A stretch of DNA of 64,000 nucleotides from contig JBNAVT010000006.1 of assembly GCA_049700215.1 (NCBI GenBank), positions 21,731 through 85,730 on the forward strand. The letters run 5' to 3'. Below the pieces are notes generated by a model that worked only from the letters and a program-made list of their open reading frames with translations, was not told where the DNA came from and did not search any database. The stretch comes from Thermoproteota archaeon. Lineage in GTDB: Archaea; Thermoproteota; EX4484-205; JAAOZP01. Below are positions 9,980-18,798 of the stretch, piece after piece. Each line of letters opens with the position of its first letter. Position 1 is the first letter of the stretch. A program made the position numbers and the translations under genes.

Positions 9980-11752
9980 ATGAAAGAGAAAATTGGCGTA
10001 CGTGCTCTAATTTTAGTAGCTGTAATACAGCTTTCACTTTTCAGCTTTCTTGTCGCCTCAACGTTCGTGAGAGCAGCTAATGAAAACTATTCATATCCAA
10101 AGATAGTACCTGAGCCAAAATTTTTGAACTTCAGTGGAAGGTGGTTTCAGTTTAACGGGTTTAGCAATTTTCCTAGCTTTTTGGGAGAAGCCTTTAACGT
10201 TGCAAGAGGGAGCTGGAAGATCGTTAATACAACTCTACCAGGCTCGTTTACGAGTTATGTGAGAGTAAAAAACGGAATGGTTGAAGTTTCAGGAGACTTT
10301 AATGTTGCCTATGCTTCTATTCTACAATTAATAAGGCAAAGACTCGGCTACCTACCGGAAATTGAAATTGGCGAGTTTCTTAACTTTCAGTTTAGAGGCT
10401 TCCACTTAGATGTAGCAAGGGGAGGGGTTCCGAAAGTTGAGGCTTTCAAAGATCTTTTAAGATTTCTTTTCCTGCTTAAGTATAACTGCTTGGGGATTTA
10501 TCTTGAAGACCTTTTTCCATGGGAAAACTACCCTGAGATAGGTGCGGGCAGAGGTAAATTTACGAGAGAAGAGCTCTTAGAAATCATTAGCTATGGGGAA
10601 AAGCTTGGAATTGATGTTTTCCCCTCGCTTGAACTTTCAGGACATATGAATAACATACTTTCCATTCCAAGCCTTTCAAAGTATAGCTTAAACGGCAACA
10701 CTTTTCAACTGGACCTTAGCAGCAAAGAAGCAAGAAACCTTGGTTACAGTCTTTTAAACGAGGTGATTAATTTTTGGCCTTCTAGTTACGTTCACATTGG
10801 AGGCGATGAGAACCAGCTTAGCGGTGTCAGCGATGCGCCGAAGCTTTACGAAGGCTATTATGAGCACCTCATCGAGATTGTTAAAAGTAAAGGGAAAAAA
10901 CCAATAATGTGGGGCGATGTCTTACTTTGGACGTGGCCCAGCCTTATCGACAATGCAACTTGGAAAAACGTTGTTATTGCTAACTGGGACTATGGCACCG
11001 CTTCGAAGGAACACTTTGCAGGCAACATTCGATTTTTCAAAGAGAGAAACATAACTCAAATAATCTCTCCAGCCCTCTGGAACTGGAACGCATTTTACCC
11101 CTCATTCGATGCTGCTCTTATGAACCTAGATTCATCGTTAACTGCCGCCAGAGAAGAAAAGATCCCCGGGTTTCTGATAACTGCTTGGGGAGATGATGGG
11201 TGTGAGTGCTTACTCTCTTACCTCCATCCCTTAATACTAGTATCAATGGAGATTGCTGAAGGCAAAGGCAATTGGGATAAAATTTGGTTGGACAAGTGGA
11301 TTGCGTTAACAGGGGAAAGCAAAGAAGTTGCAGAAGTAAGAATAAGGCTGGGAAGCGCAATAATTTTTAGAAACTTAAAGCCCCTTCTCTTTAAGGGCAA
11401 TACCTTTGACAGCGAAGCGATTTCCCGTATGAAGAGTATTTTAGATAACATAAGCAGGGTTGATTTACCTGATGATTTATCCTTCATTAGAGCTATTTTA
11501 GGCGCAGCCATTAAGAGGAGCGAGGGGAAACTAACTCGAGAAGATATTTCAAACTTAGAAAAGGTATACATGAGTCTTTGGCTGAAAGAAAGAAAGCCAG
11601 ATGGCTTAGACTATAACTTGCAGAAGTTCCAAAACGCGGCTGAGCAGATAAGATTGGAAAACCTACGTCAAACAACAGTTTTGATTTCTATATTTATGAT
11701 AGTAGTGATTGCTCTTGCAATTGGATTAAAGTTGTTTTATTCAAGGCGGTAG
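9980..11752 (+). CDS. GH20 beta-N-acetylhexosaminidase with signal peptide and C-terminal membrane anchor
   Basis: RGFHLDVARG, HIGGDE catalytic motif, TAWGDDG; hydrophobic N- and C-termini. Confidence 0.88.
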   Translation: MKEKIGVRALILVAVIQLSLFSFLVASTFVRAANENYSYPKIVPEPKFLNFSGRWFQFNGFSNFPSFLGEAFNVARGSWKIVNTTLPGSFTSYVRVKNGMVEVSGDFNVAYASILQLIRQRLGYLPEIEIGEFLNFQFRGFHLDVARGGVPKVEAFKDLLRFLFLLKYNCLGIYLEDLFPWENYPEIGAGRGKFTREELLEIISYGEKLGIDVFPSLELSGHMNNILSIPSLSKYSLNGNTFQLDLSSKEARNLGYSLLNEVINFWPSSYVHIGGDENQLSGVSDAPKLYEGYYEHLIEIVKSKGKKPIMWGDVLLWTWPSLIDNATWKNVVIANWDYGTASKEHFAGNIRFFKERNITQIISPALWNWNAFYPSFDAALMNLDSSLTAAREEKIPGFLITAWGDDGCECLLSYLHPLILVSMEIAEGKGNWDKIWLDKWIALTGESKEVAEVRIRLGSAIIFRNLKPLLFKGNTFDSEAISRMKSILDNISRVDLPDDLSFIRAILGAAIKRSEGKLTREDISNLEKVYMSLWLKERKPDGLDYNLQKFQNAAEQIRLENLRQTTVLISIFMIVVIALAIGLKLFYSRR

Positions 11753-12097
11753 CCTAGTTAACAGTAGCCCGCGCTAGGATTAAGTTAATCTCACCGTCTA
11801 AAAATGATTCGTCGACCTTGCCAATAGATTATGATCAACATAAAGGAGCTCCCTGTGTCTAGAAGACAGTTCGAGAATGAAGCTCGGCATCTGGAATGGG
11901 CAAAGGGGACGCTGCTTAAGCAAGATTGTTGGAGGCGTTGACAACTGGGATGACGTGAGGCTGAACCCCTACAAGCTTGCAAACCCTCGTAGAGAAGGCT
12001 TTGTAGGAAGAGACTTAATGTTAAAACTACTATTCAGAATAACTTTAGACCCAAGCTTAAAGAAGTCGAGATGGCAGCTCATTTAACCTTTTAATTC

Positions 12098-12916
12098 TCA
12101 CGCAACTGTCTTCTGCGCGCACTCATGCTCCGTGTTAATAGTTTTCGCAACTAGGTTCAACTCTGTCCAGGGACTGAACTGTTGTCTCGTAGCCAGGTTC
12201 CCATATGTTGCGACGGTTTCCCAACCTGCTTCCCTCAGCATTGATGCGAGCTCGCTTACGCTATAGACGTATATGTCGAACACGATTCTGTCGATAAACC
12301 TCAGGTCGTCACCATTCTTCACATAGAAAGACCACGTGGTTCTAAGCCTAGAGGTGAGCGCATCCCATCTCGCTTCCTCAACTAGAACAATATCCTCATG
12401 AAGCGTGAATGATGAAGGGCAGAATCTCAGGTTTAGGGAATCCCTATGGACTGTCTCAGCTATGAACAGTACCCCCCCTTCTCTTGTTAACCGTCTCGCC
12501 TGCTTGAAAACCGCGAGGTCTTCACTCTTATCGTAATAGCCTATTGATGTCCAGACGCTGGTTACTACGTCGAAACACGCATCCCTAGGCACAAGGCTGA
12601 GGAGTCTCCGCGCATCACCGCATATGAAGCTGGCCCTCTTGGAGACACCTAGCTCCCTCGCCCTCTCTCTAGCGTCTTCAATAAAAACGGGAGAAAAGTC
12701 TATGCCTACGGCTCTGAAACCTTTTTTAGCGAAGGATATTGCAACCCTCCCGTTTCCGCAGCAAAGATCCAGGATCCTCCCGCTTTCGATGTTGAAATCC
12801 TTAAGCAGCCTTATCATTCCGTCGACGAGAGCCTCTGTTTTAAGCCATCTCTCGTTCATAATTTTAAGAAAAAGATCGGCTCGCTCTATGAAAATTCTCC
12901 TAGTCCAGTCTTCCAT
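12098..12916 (-). CDS. Class I SAM-dependent methyltransferase
   Basis: ILDLCCGNGR motif I, GIDFS, GDAR; start taken at ATG 12916 (ORF open to 12955). Confidence 0.88.
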   Translation of the reverse strand: MEDWTRRIFIERADLFLKIMNERWLKTEALVDGMIRLLKDFNIESGRILDLCCGNGRVAISFAKKGFRAVGIDFSPVFIEDARERARELGVSKRASFICGDARRLLSLVPRDACFDVVTSVWTSIGYYDKSEDLAVFKQARRLTREGGVLFIAETVHRDSLNLRFCPSSFTLHEDIVLVEEARWDALTSRLRTTWSFYVKNGDDLRFIDRIVFDIYVYSVSELASMLREAGWETVATYGNLATRQQFSPWTELNLVAKTINTEHECAQKTVA

Positions 12917-13106
12917 GATTACTGGGGGAAAAACGCCTTCTGATTTAAAAAACATTTATTGAGGATTTGTTAGCACGCTGAACGCGATGCTTCTGCAGAT
13001 GCGGCAGGCTGCTCGCCATATTTGCGGAAGCATGTTTAACATCGCGGTAAGGGCTGAAAAAGAGTATTCCGATCGGGTTTGCAAGGGGAAACTCTTAAAT
13101 AAGGTT

Positions 13107-13805
13107 TCAAACGGTTGGAGGTGGAGGCGGGGGTGGGGGGAGCAGGGTTTTCTCAACAGCGTCTGAGTAGAAGAGTGTTGCAGCCCTGACTAGAAAGGTT
13201 GCGAGCAGGGGTGATGCGACTAAGGCTATGAGCCAGCCGATCAGCGGCACTGTGCCTACTAGGCCCACTATGAATGCTATGATGGCTGCCACAACCACCC
13301 AGATAACATGGTTGGCGAAGCCAACGCTGTTTATCACCGCCATTATCTGTTGAAAGGAAAACCCTTTAGCTATTTCCCCAGTCTTAGCGGTGAGAAGGAC
13401 GCCTATTACCCCAAATATTCCTACGCATATGCCGGCTAGGAGTGCTATTAGTATGGCGATGATTAACGTGGCCCCGAGTCGGGCGAAACTAAGCCCGCCG
13501 CCGATCCAGTACCAAGGCACGGTTAAGGCAAACGCTGCCACCAGTATTATTATCGGCACTAATGCCCATAATAGTACTACAACGAATATCTTTAACCCGT
13601 CCCCAAAGAGTTCTCCGAAGTTCTCGAACTTCGGCGGCTCATCCTTGGCGGGTCCCTCCTTAAAAATCTTGACGCAATAGCCCAGGAAGATGAAGTTGAC
13701 TATCGGAATTATGTTCACTATTATCATTACTATGAACTCCGCTCCTCTTGACAACAGCTTCGAAACGTAGTCAACAGACTTAGAGAAACTCTCGAATATC
13801 TCCAA
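13107..13805 (-). CDS. DUF4013-like membrane protein with a polyproline tail
   Basis: IPIVNFIFLGY...PKFENFGELFGDGLK pattern; multiple TM segments; PPPPPPPP at the C-terminus. Confidence 0.75.
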   Translation of the reverse strand: MEIFESFSKSVDYVSKLLSRGAEFIVMIIVNIIPIVNFIFLGYCVKIFKEGPAKDEPPKFENFGELFGDGLKIFVVVLLWALVPIIILVAAFALTVPWYWIGGGLSFARLGATLIIAILIALLAGICVGIFGVIGVLLTAKTGEIAKGFSFQQIMAVINSVGFANHVIWVVVAAIIAFIVGLVGTVPLIGWLIALVASPLLATFLVRAATLFYSDAVEKTLLPPPPPPPPTV

Positions 13806-14184
13806 CTTTCACCAGCATTTATTTACGATTGTATTATTTAAGCTTTAATAGTAGCATGCTGTTTATTTCTCCCGCTATCAATAACGGGAGGCTTCCTCCC
13901 GCTCATGATTCGCATGGTTTTCTCAATGGGCTTCGACAAGCTGGTGGTGCAAAAGCGTGGAAGGGTTCTTGAGAAGAATGTTTTTCACGGTTTCCGCAGT
14001 AGGAGGGTTGTTCGGATTCCTCCTGAGGATGCTCCTCCCCGCCATAAGACTAGGAAAACTTATTTCTGTCTTCCGTCATACGGTGCCATCGCATTAACGC
14101 TTTTACCCTCGTTGTTTCAGCCGGCTTCTGATTTTCATAAGGTTAATAAAGCAATATTTGTAAAAACTGGTTGAGTGTCCGGGC

Positions 14185-14415
14185 TTGAGCAGTGATAAGG
14201 CTGGCTTCGTGCTCGTGGTTTTTCTCGCAATATTATTCATCGGGATTATTTGGCCGATCGTGCAAACACTCGGAGATTCTGTCTCCTCTGCTGCTAATAA
14301 TCATTGGGCTGACTGGAATCATTATTTTTTTACCTTTACAGGAGAATCACGGGTGATTAACAATTCGCGCGTTTACTGGTTGCGTACGACAGGGCTGTGC
14401 ACTACTATCACTTGA
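14185..14415 (+). CDS. Small exported or pilin-like protein, probably 3'-truncated
   Basis: Short charged N-terminus (SSDKA) followed by a hydrophobic helix; CGCGCG at 14366-14371 late in the ORF. Confidence 0.35.
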   Translation: MSSDKAGFVLVVFLAILFIGIIWPIVQTLGDSVSSAANNHWADWNHYFFTFTGESRVINNSRVYWLRTTGLCTTIT

Positions 14416-14481
14416 AAACTAGCGGCGTGATGCTTGTTTTTCAACCTTACTCGTGGGTCTCGTAAGCAATTATGGGAAAAT

Positions 14482-14501
14482 AATGGGAGTAAGCTTTATA
14501 T
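14482..14501 (+). promoter_or_regulatory. BRE/TATA promoter AATGGGAGTAAGCTTTATAT of OPT-like paralog 1
   Basis: Identical 20-mer at 18736-18755, at the same distance from the paralog 2 start; contains TTTATAT. Confidence 0.75.
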
Positions 14502-14523
14502 TTACAGATGAGAATTATTTTCT

Positions 14524-14712
14524 GCGTGAAAAGGTGAAAGAAGGTTGGGAGAATCAGTCCCAAAGGAAAGAGTTAAGCCTTCTGGCCTGAAAACATGGAT
14601 CATAATCTCAGCAATACTAATACCCCCAGTAGGATACTTCCTAAACCTGGTTATGCAGGGCTTCGGAGCCTGGTGGAACTACCCGTTAATATTCCCGTTG
14701 CCATTCTTCTGG
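14524..14712 (+). repeat. 189-bp exact direct repeat, copy 1 (RBS and 5' end of the paralogous genes); copy 2 at 18778-18966
   Basis: Base-by-base comparison, offset 4254. Confidence 0.9.
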
Positions 14713-16554
14713 CACATCGTAACATTCTACTTGCTGTCCAAGGTTTCTAAAAGTTTCAGGCTCTCTCCGCAGGAGCTAACCCTGTTCTTCGTAATCTGTT
14801 TCATAACTGCAGGTGGAATGTATGCCGCGTACGGGTTTGGTTATTGGACCACCTGCCCGCTTCCACACTGGAATATTGGCTTCGCTACCTCAGGATTAAA
14901 CAGTGAGGCTTACCAAAGCGTCTTCTACGAGAAAGTTCCTCCCTTCATTGTTCCTAAAGACCCTGTGGTGATGCGTGCCTTCTGGTATGGCGGAGCCTTC
15001 GACCTGGGTCCATGGCTGGTTCCAGCCCTATTCTGGATAGTCTGGGGAATAGGAGAGTTCATAGGAATGGCGATATGGGGCTACTTCCTGAGAAAACCTT
15101 TAGTAGAAACCGAGAAACTACCCTTCCCAGGCATAGCTCCTCACACATACCTTGTGAAATATTATATAGAAGAGGAGGAGGGCACTCCGATTCTTTTCAA
15201 CTTTAGACTCAGGTTGACGAAGCTTTTCTGGATTGGCTTCGTAATAGGAATGCTTCTGGCGATTCCAGGTCAGGTGATAAACTTCTGGCCGCTGGCGTTC
15301 GGAGGCAACGCGCTTACTAACTGGCCGGTAAACCTCCTAAGCATAACTGAGGGCCCATTACCCGGGGCCTTGACCTCCGGCAACCTTTACGTTACTGATG
15401 TTTTTGTAGCACAGTTCATACCTCTGGACGCACTAGTTACGGCGGTTCTCTACTGGTTTGTCTTCGGCGTAATCTATCAAACTTTGGCGGTTAGAACCGG
15501 TTTGGCTCCATTCACGCCCGGAGCGGGCAACGAGGACCAATATCCTTGGAGCCTGGGGCCGTTTAAATGGATGCAGTTTTCCTGGATAGGACTCTCCTTA
15601 GGCTTGGCTGCCACCGTCGTAGTTAGATATAGGAGTCACATTCTTGAGATCTTCAAGAAGGGGTTGAGGGGTGAAAAGGCTGAGGACGATGGGGTTTCCT
15701 ACAGACTCCTCGCCTGGGGAGCCTTAGGCACGTACCTGCTTCAGGTTGTCCTGTTCGCCGTTACGGGTTCGCCGATAATCATGGCTATAATCATACCCCT
15801 GTTCTTCATATTCTACATGTTCGGATGGACGAGGATGATGGGTGAGGTTGAAGAGTTCATGCCGAGCGTAGATACTTATTCATACCTAGTGTTTGACGCT
15901 GGCACTTTCCTAGGGCAGTGGGGCCCGAGGCCATCTCCAGGAGCTTTCAACACGATACTGATGTACTACAGCTATGGCACAGGGGTTAGAATGAGCTCCA
16001 TGGCGATGCACCACGGATTCAAATCCTACAAGATGGCTTACGAGACCAACACTTCAGGAAAGGAAGTTCTCTACATCACCATAATATCGCTGCTCTCAAC
16101 ACTCGTCGCGGTCTACTTCATATGGCCATGGTTCATGACGAGCTTCGGAGGATACTCGAGGATCAACTCGATAAGCTACAACGACTGGAGCCTCCCAGGG
16201 ATATATAACTGGACATACGGAACTCCTCCTGCCCTAACCGTGGAAGAAACCTGGGGCTATGCCATACTCGGAATAATCGTCACACCAATAATCTACTTCT
16301 TAAGAGCCAGGTTCACATGGTTCTTCATAAACCCAATAGGCATGCTGATGCTTCCAAACGGATGGTGGCCAACCTGGCTAGTAGCCTTCGTCATAAAGTA
16401 CGCGGTCCTCAAGTTCGGCGGCTCCAGAGTGTTCGAGGAAAGATGGCTGCCAATGGCAACGGGAGTCTGCATAGGCTTCGGCGGTTTAGTGCTCTTCGGC
16501 TCCTTGATAACTTTCTTCGGCACAGCTTTGCCTGCGTGGTTAGCTAGGTTCTAG
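14545..16554 (+). CDS. Polytopic membrane protein, OPT-superfamily-like (DUF6785/DUF6784 type), paralog 1
   Basis: 669 aa, many TM helices, LSPQEL and ETEKLPFP motifs, C-terminal INPIG...KYAVLKFGG. Confidence 0.75.
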   Translation: MGESVPKERVKPSGLKTWIIISAILIPPVGYFLNLVMQGFGAWWNYPLIFPLPFFWHIVTFYLLSKVSKSFRLSPQELTLFFVICFITAGGMYAAYGFGYWTTCPLPHWNIGFATSGLNSEAYQSVFYEKVPPFIVPKDPVVMRAFWYGGAFDLGPWLVPALFWIVWGIGEFIGMAIWGYFLRKPLVETEKLPFPGIAPHTYLVKYYIEEEEGTPILFNFRLRLTKLFWIGFVIGMLLAIPGQVINFWPLAFGGNALTNWPVNLLSITEGPLPGALTSGNLYVTDVFVAQFIPLDALVTAVLYWFVFGVIYQTLAVRTGLAPFTPGAGNEDQYPWSLGPFKWMQFSWIGLSLGLAATVVVRYRSHILEIFKKGLRGEKAEDDGVSYRLLAWGALGTYLLQVVLFAVTGSPIIMAIIIPLFFIFYMFGWTRMMGEVEEFMPSVDTYSYLVFDAGTFLGQWGPRPSPGAFNTILMYYSYGTGVRMSSMAMHHGFKSYKMAYETNTSGKEVLYITIISLLSTLVAVYFIWPWFMTSFGGYSRINSISYNDWSLPGIYNWTYGTPPALTVEETWGYAILGIIVTPIIYFLRARFTWFFINPIGMLMLPNGWWPTWLVAFVIKYAVLKFGGSRVFEERWLPMATGVCIGFGGLVLFGSLITFFGTALPAWLARF

Positions 16555-16566
16555 CCTAAAACAATC

Positions 16567-16574
16567 TTTTTTTT
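16567..16574 (+). terminator. Oligo-T archaeal terminator
   Basis: T8 run 13 nt after the stop; a T7 run at 20829-20835 follows paralog 2. Confidence 0.55.
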
Positions 16575-16771
16575 AAAAAAATGCAACAAGCGTATACTAG
16601 GAATGGTTTTTGTTAAACCTTAGTGTGTAGCGCAATAGTTCTCGCGCTCTAGGATAACCGTGCCATGCAATATGATGCAATTAGAGAGCGTTGAGGCATA
16701 TCCTTATCTAATGCACTGGTGTGCGTATAAAAAGTAAGATTTATATTCCATGAAATTTTTTCTGGGGTGAA

Positions 16772-17797
16772 TTGAGTAACTTGGGTGTTGCTGTTATCGG
16801 TTGTGGAAATATAGGTCATGTTCACATTGACCGTTGGAAATCTGTAAGCGGTGCGGAGCTTTTAGTATGCGTGGATGTAGAAGTGGAGAGGGCTAGGCAA
16901 CTGAGTGAAAAATATCATGTACCGAATTTTTACGGGAGTCTCGACCCGGTTTTGAGAGATGACTCCGTGGACATATTAGACGTATGCACTCCGACTTACA
17001 CGCATAAGGAGATCGTAGAAACTGCACTAGAATACGGGAAGAATGTTATAGTTGAAAAACCAATAGCGTTGAAACTTAAAGATGCTGAAAGCATGATTAA
17101 CAAGGCTAGGAGTGCTGGAAGGAAGCTTATGGTTGCTCATGTTCTCAGATTCTGGGCTGAATACATGATGACTAGGAGTTTTATAACTGGTGATGAGATT
17201 GGGACACCTGTTTTTGCTAAAGCCAGTCGGCTAATCGCTCATAATTTTTCCGTCTGGAAAGATTGGCATAATGATCCTAATAAGGGAGGTGGTGTTTTTA
17301 TAGACACCAGTATTCACGACCTTGACTTCTTCATATGGACTTTTGGGAACGCTGAAGAAATATTTGCTCAAGGCGGAACACTAGTGAGAAAGGCTGATTC
17401 GCATGACCATACCAGAGCCTTCGTCTCGTTTAAAAACAAGCTGGACGCTTATGTGGAAGGAAGTTGGATAATGCCTGAGGGCTATCCTTTCAGCTATAGT
17501 CTGGAGGTTATCGGCACTAGAGGTTTGATTCGGATAGGTAGTGATAATCCTAAACAAATCGATATGTTCTTAACCGGAGGCTCGGTGAAAAGGCAGAAAA
17601 TTGTTTTGGAAACCAAGGATCCCTACTTGCTTGAGCTCAATGCTTTTAAAGAATGTGTAAAACAGGACAAGCCTGTCCCTGTGTCCGGCGAAGATGGGAA
17701 AAAGGCATTAGAATTAGCTATAGCTGGAGTCATTTCTGTCCTAAGAAGGAAACCAGTTAGGCTACCTCTAGAAGAGGATTTTCCAGCACTTATATAG
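16772..17797 (+). CDS. Gfo/Idh/MocA family oxidoreductase
   Basis: VIGCGNIG Rossmann motif, VEKP, GGGVFIDTSIHDLD. Confidence 0.92.
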   Translation: MSNLGVAVIGCGNIGHVHIDRWKSVSGAELLVCVDVEVERARQLSEKYHVPNFYGSLDPVLRDDSVDILDVCTPTYTHKEIVETALEYGKNVIVEKPIALKLKDAESMINKARSAGRKLMVAHVLRFWAEYMMTRSFITGDEIGTPVFAKASRLIAHNFSVWKDWHNDPNKGGGVFIDTSIHDLDFFIWTFGNAEEIFAQGGTLVRKADSHDHTRAFVSFKNKLDAYVEGSWIMPEGYPFSYSLEVIGTRGLIRIGSDNPKQIDMFLTGGSVKRQKIVLETKDPYLLELNAFKECVKQDKPVPVSGEDGKKALELAIAGVISVLRRKPVRLPLEEDFPALI

Positions 17798-17817
17798 TCT
17801 CTAAAACGAGTATTTAG

Positions 17818-18330
17818 CTATATACTTTTCCTCCTGTACTCCTCAATCAGCTTTTCATCAATCGGGTAAACACCGTGCTTCCTTGCCAGTTTCAACATTA
17901 GCAGGTAGTTCGACGGTTTCACAGCTGGATGAATACTGTTACTCGATGCTATGATGTGCCCTCCGCCTGGGGAGGCCTTTGCGATTGTTTCTTTTACTGC
18001 TTCTTCAACTTCCCACTAACTTCCGAAAGTAAGAACATAGGAGCAATCAACATTTCCAACAACAGCTATCCTTCTATCATATTTTTCCTTTACCTCTCCT
18101 ATATCCATTCCAGCTATTGGCTCTAGTGGGTCAAGGGCGTCGATTCCAGAGTCTATGATCATACCTATGATTGGCCAAAGGTTTCCGTCGGTATGTTTTA
18201 TAAACGGTATTCCATGCCTCTTCACGGTTTGAACAGCTCTTCTTAAGTAGGGTAACACAAACTCTTCAAACTGTTTCCCAGACATAAGCGGCGCCTTCCT
18301 GTTAGCATAGTCGTCTCCAGTCAACACCAC
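17818..18330 (-). pseudogene. C-terminal half of a uroporphyrinogen decarboxylase / MtaA-CmuA family protein
   Basis: GDDYA, KHTDGN, GNVDC, PGGGHIIASSNSIH motifs; internal TAG at 18016-18018; no 5' half, ends at the palindrome 18332-18343. Confidence 0.85.
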
Positions 18331-18331
18331 G

Positions 18332-18343
18332 TAGCGCGCGCTA
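18332..18343. repeat. Palindromic junction motif TAGCGCGCGCTA at the pseudogene breakpoint
   Basis: Read directly. Confidence 0.85.
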
Positions 18344-18735
18344 AGGTTCCTCTCTAGCCAGAGCCTTCAAAAATCTCTCTCTAGAATTCATGTTCGCAGC
18401 CTTCATCATCAAGTATAAAAACTTTTATAATGGTTCTATTTTCGATTCTGGACAATAATGCCTGCTTAAAAAGTCTCTTGAAGTTAAAACGGGCTTGAAA
18501 GGCAACGGCTTCTGCGAAACGTCACCATTTTTCAAGAAAACCGATTTGAAACTAAATTAGACTAATCGTTATTATTCGACCTTTTTATGAATACGAAAAG
18601 TCGAGGGGCTAGTGGAAATCCTGTTTTGTAACCACAGCCAGCTTTAACATATTATTGTCAACACATATCTCCTTTTCGCTTCCCGTAAGAAGCGGCTTGC
18701 TTCAGATTATCGACAAAAATATAATGGGGAAAAAC

Positions 18736-18755
18736 AATGGGAGTAAGCTTTATAT
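18736..18755 (+). promoter_or_regulatory. BRE/TATA promoter of OPT-like paralog 2
   Basis: Identical to 14482-14501. Confidence 0.75.
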
Positions 18756-18798
18756 GTTTGTAAAATTGCGTCGTAACGCGTGAAAAGGTGAAAGAAGG

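Noticed and set aside
13107-13145. G-rich plus-strand tract as a regulatory G-quadruplex
   Set aside because: Explained by the polyproline codons of the minus-strand gene.
18016-18018. In-frame TAG in a methyltransferase-related family gene as possible pyrrolysine
   Set aside because: The gene is already 5'-truncated, this family is not a known Pyl user, and no pyl genes are in the window; a nonsense mutation is simpler.
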